Shown one piece after another: positions 56,358-64,000 of a DNA stretch of 64,000 bases. Every line of letters starts with the position of its first letter. The stretch's first letter is position 1. The translations under genes were made by a program, and so were the position numbers. Below the pieces are notes generated by a model. That model worked only from the letters and a program-made list of their open reading frames with translations. It was not told the origin of the DNA and did no database searches. This DNA is from a virus (lineage: Duplodnaviria; Caudoviricetes): the IMG/VR virus record IMGVR_UViG_3300025314_000006, one strand, 5' to 3'.

Positions 56358-56477
56358 CTAACAACGAACGTATAATTCGTAATTCTTGGCATTTTTGTGC
56401 AATCTTAAATGTTATTTTTCCAAAAAGCAAGTTTACTGATAAAAAAAACTATTTATTAGATATAACCATAATTAAAA

Positions 56478-57188
56478 ATGTCAATTCAAAGTAACATAAA
56501 CAATCTTCTCGATCAAAGTTTTGAAAATAATAATTATTTACCTAAAAAACTTCTTTTAGAAGATATAGACCAAGGTGTTGTTGATTATATAAATTCATTA
56601 AATATTTCTGTTATTAATGCAGAAGATGTTTTAGCTAAAGTTCCGGTGATTTATTTAAATCAAGAAAGATGGGCGGAATTTAAAATGAACTGGAAGTTTT
56701 TAAAAGATGAAAGTGGAGAAGAAATAAATATGCCTTTTATGGTAATAAAAAGAACTTCTGTCAAACCCGGACAAAATCCACTTAAAAGAACAATTCCTAA
56801 AAAGAAAAAATTTGTTTTTGTTAAAGTTCCAATTTTTGATGGAACACTTAAAGGATATGATTTATATAAAATTCCACAACCCCCAAGAGTAGATGTGCAA
56901 TATGAGCTAAGATTTTTAACGCATTATATTCAAGATACAAATGTTTCTTATGAAAGAATGATTATGGATGGATTCTCTGATGGACAAGGCTATATGAATA
57001 TAAACGGATATAATATTCCATTAATGTTATCTGACCCAAGTGAAGAAAATACAGTTGATGAAATAGCCTCAGATAGAAAATTTCAAATTATGTTTCCTTT
57101 AACTGTTTTCGGCAAGTTGGTAGACCCAATAAATTTTGAAAGAGTACCAACAATAACTAAAATTAAGATAGATATAACAGAGAGATGA
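56478..57188 (+). CDS. gp15: Tail terminator / sheath stabiliser (T4 gp15-like)
   Basis: LEDIDQG...VPVIYLNQERWAE...PFMVIKR...VDVQYEL; immediately before the sheath gene. Confidence 0.75.
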   Translation: MSIQSNINNLLDQSFENNNYLPKKLLLEDIDQGVVDYINSLNISVINAEDVLAKVPVIYLNQERWAEFKMNWKFLKDESGEEINMPFMVIKRTSVKPGQNPLKRTIPKKKKFVFVKVPIFDGTLKGYDLYKIPQPPRVDVQYELRFLTHYIQDTNVSYERMIMDGFSDGQGYMNINGYNIPLMLSDPSEENTVDEIASDRKFQIMFPLTVFGKLVDPINFERVPTITKIKIDITER

Positions 57189-57248
57189 GTTTTAAGAATT
57201 TTCTCCTATTTATTGTAAATAAAAATAACATTTAAAAAATAAAAAAAC

Positions 57249-59894
57249 ATGGCCACAGTCTTCGTTAGCCCAGGGGTATACACAAGAGAACAGGATTTTT
57301 CTGTATTCGCATCACAAATAGGAATCACAAGACTCGGTCTTGTTGGTGAAACAACAAAAGGTCCGGCTTTTGAACCTATAAAAATTTCAAGCACAGATGA
57401 ATATGTGGCAAGATTTGGAACAACAGATACTAATTTGCAACTTCCATACGTTGCTAATTCGTTTTTAAAACAATCTCAAGAACTTACAATAACAAGGGTT
57501 TTAGGTAAAGAGGGTTTTACTAATTCTGCTGCTTGGATTATTCAAGGAAGTACATATGAGTATTTTTCTGGAACTTCTACACAAACTGGTGTAACTATTT
57601 CAATTAATAATCAATTACTTTCTACTGGATGGACAATTACAACTTCTGCAGATACTGTAATGGCTGATAATACTATTTCAGCAGCAACTGTTGGAAATGA
57701 TACGGTTGTTGGTTTTAGTGGTGCTTCTGTTTCTACAACAGCGTGGTTAAATGCGTTAAATACAACTTCGTTTAGTGGATTTGGATTTACGGTAGCTGGA
57801 GATAGTTCAACAACATATATTTCATCAGCAACTACAATAGTTTTATCACTAACAGCTGATACCAGACAAAACAGCGGAGCATTTAGTGGTTCTCCTCTTT
57901 GTGTTATTAGAAGTAAATCTTCTGATGAAGGTACAACATTCCTTGCGAATAATGAAAGCTCAATTAAAATTGCAAATATTACAAGTACCTTATTCCCTTT
58001 TACATTAAGCGGAACAACAGGACCTTTAACCGCTTTAACTACTAGTGCTATTACTGTTTCTTTAGATGAAACAAGAGAAGATTATATTGTTAAAGTTATT
58101 GGGAAAGATCCAAAAAAATACAGTACTGACTTTGGTATATATGTTGAAAGTATTTATCCACACTTTATAAGAGAAGCCTCAAGTAGAAGTGAAATCCTAT
58201 CAATAAGTTCTGCCATTACATATTCTACAGATGCTATTTATACAGATTATGCAACTGAATTTCAAACTCCAGTAACTCCTTACATTGTTTCTAAAGTTGC
58301 AGGTGGTGTTGTTAGAGATTTATTTATGTTTACTTCAATATCTGATGGTGATAGTGCAAATGAAGAAATTAAAATTTCAATTGCAAATATTGATGATGTT
58401 ACAAAAACATTTGATGTTGTAATTAGAGCTTTTGGAGATACTGATGCAAGTATCTCGATTTTAGAAAGATTTAGAGCATTAACTCTTGATCCTACTCAGC
58501 CAAATTATATTGCTAAAGCAATTGGAACATTAGATGAGGATTATCCAAGAATGTCTAATTACGTTACACTTACTTTAGCTGAAAATCACCCTACAAATAC
58601 AGTTCCTGCAGGTTTTAAAGGTTATACTTTTAGAAATACAGGAATAAGTGGTTCGACTTCTCCTAATATTTATTACAAGACTCAGTATTTTTCTGGAGAT
58701 TCTACATTTAAAACTTATTTAGGCGTGTCTGAGCTCGGTTATACCGGTCACACTGCTGGAAGAGTTTCTATTAGTCAATCAGTTAAAACTATTGAACATG
58801 ATTTGTGGAGTTATATTGGAGCTACTCCATCAGGAACTACTACAGTAAAAGGATTTCACTTAGAAAGTGTCGCTTCTACTACTGATTTTATTGTTGGAAC
58901 ATTTTCATCAATAAGTGGTTATACAAAATCTGAACGTAAATTCACTTTAGTTCCGGCTGGAGGCTTTGATGGTTGGAATAAGTTTAGAAGTCCGGATTTT
59001 ACATCCTCTGCGATTGATGCACAAAATGTCGTAGCTATAAAAGAAGCTATTGATACAATGACTAATTCGGAAGAAGTTGATATTAACTTATTTGCTTTGC
59101 CTGGTGTAGATTTTTATAATCATGAAGATGTTGTTAAATATGGTTTAACAATGATTGAAAATAGAGCTGATGCACTTTATATTGTTGACTCTCCAAGAAT
59201 TTCTACTGCAGATGCAAAAGGAACTGCTACAGAAGCTGTTTCTGACCTTCAAGGTACAGGAATAGATTCAAATTATGCAGCAACATATTGGCCATGGGTT
59301 CAGATTAATGATGCAAATTTTAATAAATTTGTTTATGTGGCTCCTACATTGGAAATTGTTAGAACAATTGCTTTAACTGATAATGTTTCTTATCCTTGGT
59401 TTGCTCCAGCTGGTTACAATAGAGGTGCTGTATCTGAATTAGTTCAAAAAGCTGATATTAAATTATCACAAACTGATAGAGATACACTATATCAAGATAG
59501 GATTAATCCGATTGCGACTTTCGTTCAACAAGGTGTTGTAGTATTTGGACAAAAAACTCTTCAGGTTAAACAATCAGCTCTTGATAGAGTAAATGTTAGA
59601 AGACTTTTATTACAGGTTAGAAGACTTATCGCCGCCGCTTCTCAGACTTTATTGTTTGAAGCAAACGATTCAACGGTTAGAGATCAATTCTTACAAAAAG
59701 TTGAACCAATATTACTTCAAATCCAAAATCAAAGAGGTTTAACAGCTTTTAATGTTGTTCTTGATAAGGCACCGGCAGCTAATGCTCCTAATACTTTGAC
59801 TGGGAAAATTCAGCTAAAACCTACGCCCTCACTTGAATTTATGGATATCTCATTTAGTATTTTGCCCAATGGCGCGAATTTTTCAGATTTTTGA
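57249..59894 (+). CDS. gp18: Tail sheath protein (T4 gp18-like)
   Basis: FVSPGVYTREQD, GETTKGPAFEP, YWPWVQ, PWFAPAG.NRG, INPI, GQKTLQ...ALDRVNVRRLL. Confidence 0.97.
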   Translation: MATVFVSPGVYTREQDFSVFASQIGITRLGLVGETTKGPAFEPIKISSTDEYVARFGTTDTNLQLPYVANSFLKQSQELTITRVLGKEGFTNSAAWIIQGSTYEYFSGTSTQTGVTISINNQLLSTGWTITTSADTVMADNTISAATVGNDTVVGFSGASVSTTAWLNALNTTSFSGFGFTVAGDSSTTYISSATTIVLSLTADTRQNSGAFSGSPLCVIRSKSSDEGTTFLANNESSIKIANITSTLFPFTLSGTTGPLTALTTSAITVSLDETREDYIVKVIGKDPKKYSTDFGIYVESIYPHFIREASSRSEILSISSAITYSTDAIYTDYATEFQTPVTPYIVSKVAGGVVRDLFMFTSISDGDSANEEIKISIANIDDVTKTFDVVIRAFGDTDASISILERFRALTLDPTQPNYIAKAIGTLDEDYPRMSNYVTLTLAENHPTNTVPAGFKGYTFRNTGISGSTSPNIYYKTQYFSGDSTFKTYLGVSELGYTGHTAGRVSISQSVKTIEHDLWSYIGATPSGTTTVKGFHLESVASTTDFIVGTFSSISGYTKSERKFTLVPAGGFDGWNKFRSPDFTSSAIDAQNVVAIKEAIDTMTNSEEVDINLFALPGVDFYNHEDVVKYGLTMIENRADALYIVDSPRISTADAKGTATEAVSDLQGTGIDSNYAATYWPWVQINDANFNKFVYVAPTLEIVRTIALTDNVSYPWFAPAGYNRGAVSELVQKADIKLSQTDRDTLYQDRINPIATFVQQGVVVFGQKTLQVKQSALDRVNVRRLLLQVRRLIAAASQTLLFEANDSTVRDQFLQKVEPILLQIQNQRGLTAFNVVLDKAPAANAPNTLTGKIQLKPTPSLEFMDISFSILPNGANFSDF

Positions 59895-59921
59895 TCTTAG
59901 CCTCAAACTATCAATAAAATC

Positions 59922-59952
59922 AAGGGATACAATAAAATGTATCCCTTTTTTT
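59922..59952 (+). terminator. Rho-independent terminator after the sheath gene
   Basis: AAGGGATACA-ATAAAA-TGTATCCCTT followed by a T tract. Confidence 0.8.
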
Positions 59953-60016
59953 ATTATTAAAAAAATAATTATTTACTTTTTTAAAAATTTAATCATATTT
60001 ACAAATACAACAATAT

Positions 60017-61312
60017 GTGTTGGTTAAAATTGAATATATGAAATTAATTTGTATAAACTGTAATTGTGATTTTGAAAAACCGCAAGAACAAAAAACGTGT
60101 TCCAGAAAATGTTCTGATGAACTTAAAAAGAAAAATAACAGAGAAGAGCGAACTTGTATAATGTGTAGTAAAATATTTGAAGTTAAAAAAATAACTGAAA
60201 AAACAATGTGTTCTGATGTTTGTAGACAAGAGTATGATAAAATTCCAGAAAACAGAGCAAACAGAATGAAAAAAACAGAAGAGGCTGTAATTAAAAAATA
60301 TGGTGTTAAAAGCACTTTACAACTTGATGATGTAAAAGAAAAAATAAAAATAACAAACATAGAAAGATATGGAACAGAAAGTCCATGTCAAAGTGAAGAA
60401 GTTAAAAACAAATCAAAAGAAACTTGTTTAGAAAAATATGGAGTTGAATATTCTTTACAGTCAATTGAGATTAGGCAGAAAGGAAATATTTCAAAAAAAG
60501 AATTATATGGAGATGAAAATTATAATAACAGAGAACAAGCTGTTAGAACAATGAATGAGTTATATGGTGTAGATTATGCTATTCAAAATGAAAATTTTCA
60601 ACAAAAGCAACAAGAAACTAATTTAGAACGATATGGAGTTAGGTTTGCTTTGCAAAATGAAGAAATAAAGATAAAAGCTCAAGAAACTAATTTAGAACGA
60701 TATGGAGTTAAATTCATTACTCAAAATGAAGAAATAAAAACAAAAATAAAAGATACTAATTTAGAAAAATATGGAGTAACATCACATCTCGCATTTAAAG
60801 AAGTCAGAGACAAAGGAAAAGAAGTTATTTTTGAAAAATATGGAACATACAATCCAATGAGCTTAGATGAGGTTAAGGATAAAAGAAAAAAAAATAATTT
60901 AAAGAAATATGGAGTAGACCATCCAATGAAATTAAAAGAGGTTTTAGAAAAAAATCATTTATCTGGACTTCGAATACATAAATACAAAGACACAGAAATA
61001 ACCTACCAAGGTTCCTATGAAAAATACTTTCTCGAGCTTCTTGAAGAAAAAGGCTTATTAAATGAGGTAACTAATGGTAAAAGTTATGATTATATTTTTG
61101 AAGAAAAGCAACATGTTTATCACACGGATTTTTCATTTAGAGGAAAACAAATAGAAATAAAATCCGGATGGACATATAATAACAATGGAAAAAACTTAAA
61201 ACTACAAGAGATAAACGAAACAAAATGGCAATCTGTTAGAAAATTTGGTGATTCTATTGTGGTTCTTATTAACAAATCCGAAATTTCAGGATTTATTAAA
61301 GCTTTACAATAA
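60017..61312 (+). CDS. Putative homing endonuclease (Zn finger, KYGV repeats, PD-(D/E)xK)
   Basis: About ten TN(L/I)E(K/R)YGV-type repeats; YQGSYE...YHTDF...IEIKSGWTY. Confidence 0.75.
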   Translation: MLVKIEYMKLICINCNCDFEKPQEQKTCSRKCSDELKKKNNREERTCIMCSKIFEVKKITEKTMCSDVCRQEYDKIPENRANRMKKTEEAVIKKYGVKSTLQLDDVKEKIKITNIERYGTESPCQSEEVKNKSKETCLEKYGVEYSLQSIEIRQKGNISKKELYGDENYNNREQAVRTMNELYGVDYAIQNENFQQKQQETNLERYGVRFALQNEEIKIKAQETNLERYGVKFITQNEEIKTKIKDTNLEKYGVTSHLAFKEVRDKGKEVIFEKYGTYNPMSLDEVKDKRKKNNLKKYGVDHPMKLKEVLEKNHLSGLRIHKYKDTEITYQGSYEKYFLELLEEKGLLNEVTNGKSYDYIFEEKQHVYHTDFSFRGKQIEIKSGWTYNNNGKNLKLQEINETKWQSVRKFGDSIVVLINKSEISGFIKALQ

Positions 61313-61336
61313 TTTCCAAGCTCATTAATTTAGCAC

Positions 61337-61684
61337 ATGCCAAGAAATAAAATATATTTAATTTATTGTAAAACAAATAATTTGTATAAAATAGGAGTTT
61401 CTCTTAATAAAGACAAGAGATTAAAACAACTTCAAACCGGCAATCCTTACGAAATTTCAATAATAACTACTTATGACAGTAAATACCCTTATAAGGTAGA
61501 GAAGGTTCTTCATAACGTATTTATTTCCAGAAAAACTCCTGATAATTTTCAATATGATTTTGAATTATTAAAAGGAGAATGGTTTAATCTTTCTCCAAAA
61601 GACGTTTTAGAATTTATTAATTCTTGTAAAAGAATAGAAGAAACAATAGACAATCTTAAAGTTGCTGGTAATCCGTTTATTTAA
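61337..61684 (+). CDS. GIY-YIG family protein (T5orf172/MUG113-like)
   Basis: IYLI...YKIGVS...KRLKQLQTGNP...EKVLH...GEWF. Confidence 0.8.
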   Translation: MPRNKIYLIYCKTNNLYKIGVSLNKDKRLKQLQTGNPYEISIITTYDSKYPYKVEKVLHNVFISRKTPDNFQYDFELLKGEWFNLSPKDVLEFINSCKRIEETIDNLKVAGNPFI

Positions 61685-63533
61685 TTTCGTTTGTCAACTC
61701 AAATTTCAACGTTCCACAATCCCAAATTCTATCAAATCCATTTTCTTGAGCTAAATCCCATTCCGTTTTTGAGGGGTCTCCATTGAATTCTTTTAGAAGT
61801 GTTTGTTTATTGTAAGTAAATCTGTGAAATCGATTTAAGTAATCTTTCGTATTTAAATAAAAATAACTTGGTTTACTTTGTCCTAAAAATTTAAAACCAT
61901 TTTTAGAATATACGGTATTTTCTGAATTTATGCCGGACCATCTGCAGTCAGCATATGAAATTATTGATGTGAAATTATTATTTTTTTTGAAGTGACTTAA
62001 TAATTTTTCAAATCCACCTACGACATTTGTATTTATAAGCGAACAAAATCTATTTAATTCAAATTCCCCTTCTTTTGATTCTTTAAAACCGGTTACAATT
62101 CTTTTTTTAGAAAAAGTCATAATTGAAACTAATTCAGAATTAAAATATAAGCCATATCGAATTGAGTCAACCGAAGTCCCTTGTATATGATTTCTATTTA
62201 AAAATTCATTTTTATCTTTATTTGACACTTCTTTTATTTCGCATTTTCTTGCATAAATCTTATTGTTTGTCTTGTTTATTAAATTTAATATTCTGCTGTG
62301 TACTATTTCTTTTCTATCTCTAATTTCATCATCAAAAATATGAATTAACTTAATTCCTTCTCTTTCACATAGCCTTGTTTTGTGCAAATGATATATTTTA
62401 TCTCTTTCACCCGAGATTTCTGAATGATAGTAATTTCCATTAATTTCTAAAGCAAGGTTGAATTTTGGAATAAAAAAATCTAATTCTAATGGAGAAATTA
62501 TTCTTTTTGTGTTTTGTATGTATTCAATATTAAATTCATCTAATAAGTTTTTAATGTCCATTTCTGGTTTTGAATATTTTATTGGATTACACACTCTACA
62601 AATTGGGACATTTCTATTAAAAATTGTCAGAAAAACATTTTCACACTTATTACATTTTACTTCATAATTTATGTGTGAATCCCATGTTTTTCCAGAAGAA
62701 ATTGTTGTATAACTATTGAAATCAAAACTTAAGTTTCCTTTTTTTAATATTTCTCCAATAGTTTTTATAGATTTTTCTCTTTGTTCATTTTTGAATTCAC
62801 TAGATTCAAAAAAGTAATTATATCCATACTTTTCCTGCATTGTTTTAAGCATTTTTTCGCGAACTTCAGCATTGTTTATTGCATGTTCTGCTCCATATTT
62901 TTTTAAATTTGTTTCTTTCATTTTATCTAAAAACTCTTCTAATTGAAGATGATGTTCCACTCCATATTTTTCAAGAATTGTTTCTTTAGCTTTATCTCTA
63001 TTGTTATAGTTTTCATCACCATATTTTTCTAATTTAATTTCTTTGGATTTTATTGAAAAATTTTCTAATTGTAAAACATTTTCAACTCCATATCTTTCAA
63101 TGCAGGTTTCTTTAGCCTGTTCTCTGTTTGTGTAGTTTTCATCTCCGTATCTTTCTTTTTTTGTTTGTTTTACCTTTTCTGCAAATCCTTCTATTTGAGA
63201 CGGATGGTCAACTCCATACTTTTCCTGTATTGCATCTCTCGTTTTTTGCATTCGCTCATCTTTGTGTTTTTCTTTGTATATTTTTAAACACTCTGGAGAA
63301 CAATTTAATTTTGATTTATGTTTTCCGGTATTAAATATATTACCACATGTAGCACATTCTTTTTCTCTGGAACCAAATTTTTCAGCATATGTTTCTTTAA
63401 ATTTTTTTACTTTCTCATCACTGCTTTGTTTTCTTAATTCTTTATAACAATCTTTTGAACAAGTTAAAACATGATTATGTTTACCTGGATCAAAATCATT
63501 TTGACAAATTGCACATTTTTTTATTTTTCCCAT
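61677..63533 (-). CDS. Putative homing endonuclease (Zn fingers, KYGV repeats, DUF559-like nuclease, Hef-like C-terminus)
   Basis: ELDFFIPKFNLALEINGNYYHS; YARKCEIKEV; RNHIQG; ELNRFCS; RIWDCG. Confidence 0.8.
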   Translation of the reverse strand: MGKIKKCAICQNDFDPGKHNHVLTCSKDCYKELRKQSSDEKVKKFKETYAEKFGSREKECATCGNIFNTGKHKSKLNCSPECLKIYKEKHKDERMQKTRDAIQEKYGVDHPSQIEGFAEKVKQTKKERYGDENYTNREQAKETCIERYGVENVLQLENFSIKSKEIKLEKYGDENYNNRDKAKETILEKYGVEHHLQLEEFLDKMKETNLKKYGAEHAINNAEVREKMLKTMQEKYGYNYFFESSEFKNEQREKSIKTIGEILKKGNLSFDFNSYTTISSGKTWDSHINYEVKCNKCENVFLTIFNRNVPICRVCNPIKYSKPEMDIKNLLDEFNIEYIQNTKRIISPLELDFFIPKFNLALEINGNYYHSEISGERDKIYHLHKTRLCEREGIKLIHIFDDEIRDRKEIVHSRILNLINKTNNKIYARKCEIKEVSNKDKNEFLNRNHIQGTSVDSIRYGLYFNSELVSIMTFSKKRIVTGFKESKEGEFELNRFCSLINTNVVGGFEKLLSHFKKNNNFTSIISYADCRWSGINSENTVYSKNGFKFLGQSKPSYFYLNTKDYLNRFHRFTYNKQTLLKEFNGDPSKTEWDLAQENGFDRIWDCGTLKFELTNEIK

Positions 63534-63668
63534 AACGTAAGCATTGTGTATTTATGTAAATATAGCAAAATAAAATTAAAAAACAAATAATAAACAAATT
63601 TGTTTTTATTTTTTAAATCATAGAATTTTTTTTTTTTAGTATTTATAAGAAAACTTAATAATAAAAAC

Positions 63669-64000
63669 ATGGGAGTTATAATGTTCCGTCCTGTTCCAAT
63701 CGAACAAGAACCAAAAAGAAAGAATAGATTCAGTCTTGAATTTCCAACTGAATTAGGATTCGAATCTTATTTAGTGCAAACCTCTGGAAAGCCAAAGATA
63801 ACAATCAATGCGACTGAGGTGCAATACATGAATACCTCAACATTTGTTGCTGGACGCTATAAATGGGAAACTATTGATATTGAATTTATCGACGTAATCG
63901 GACCATCAACCACACAAAAAGTTATGGAATGGGTTCGTTTACATGCTGAATCAGCTACCGGTAAAATGGGATATGCTGTAGGATATAAAAAGAACCTTGT
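63669..64000 (+). CDS. gp19: Tail tube protein (T4 gp19-like), partial
   Basis: EPKRKNRFSLEF...GRYKWETIDIEFID...VMEWVRLHAESATGKMGYAVGYKK; runs off the window end. Confidence 0.9.
   Translation, partial: MGVIMFRPVPIEQEPKRKNRFSLEFPTELGFESYLVQTSGKPKITINATEVQYMNTSTFVAGRYKWETIDIEFIDVIGPSTTQKVMEWVRLHAESATGKMGYAVGYKKNL

Overview
This AT-rich 64 kb window comes from a large tailed (jumbo-type, contractile-tail) phage genome. The host is probably a Bacteroidota, inferred from TAnnTTTG promoters, A-rich start regions without Shine-Dalgarno sites and a lipoprotein gene. It carries T4-like morphogenesis genes: baseplate and tape measure on the minus strand at left; prohead protease, scaffold, major capsid, neck, tail terminator, sheath and tube on the plus strand at right. 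It also holds a DnaE-type polymerase split into two genes by a split intein with an endonuclease gene between the halves, about ten free-standing homing-endonuclease-like genes, nine tRNAs next to an RNA ligase, and many small accessory ORFs. Two systems stand out. (1) Two paralogous ~145-aa genes each run into a CRISPR-like repeat-spacer array (35-36 nt repeats, 30-32 nt spacers). The first repeat and first spacer encode the protein C-terminus, and no cas gene is visible in the window. (2) Two leader-peptide plus terminator elements sit inside the tRNA operon. One has six consecutive Gln codons directly ahead of two tRNA-Gln genes; the other has a run of the codons read by the downstream tRNAs. 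Both look like ribosome-stalling attenuators that switch on phage tRNAs when the matching host tRNAs run short. All product calls come from motif recognition by eye; no database searches were run.
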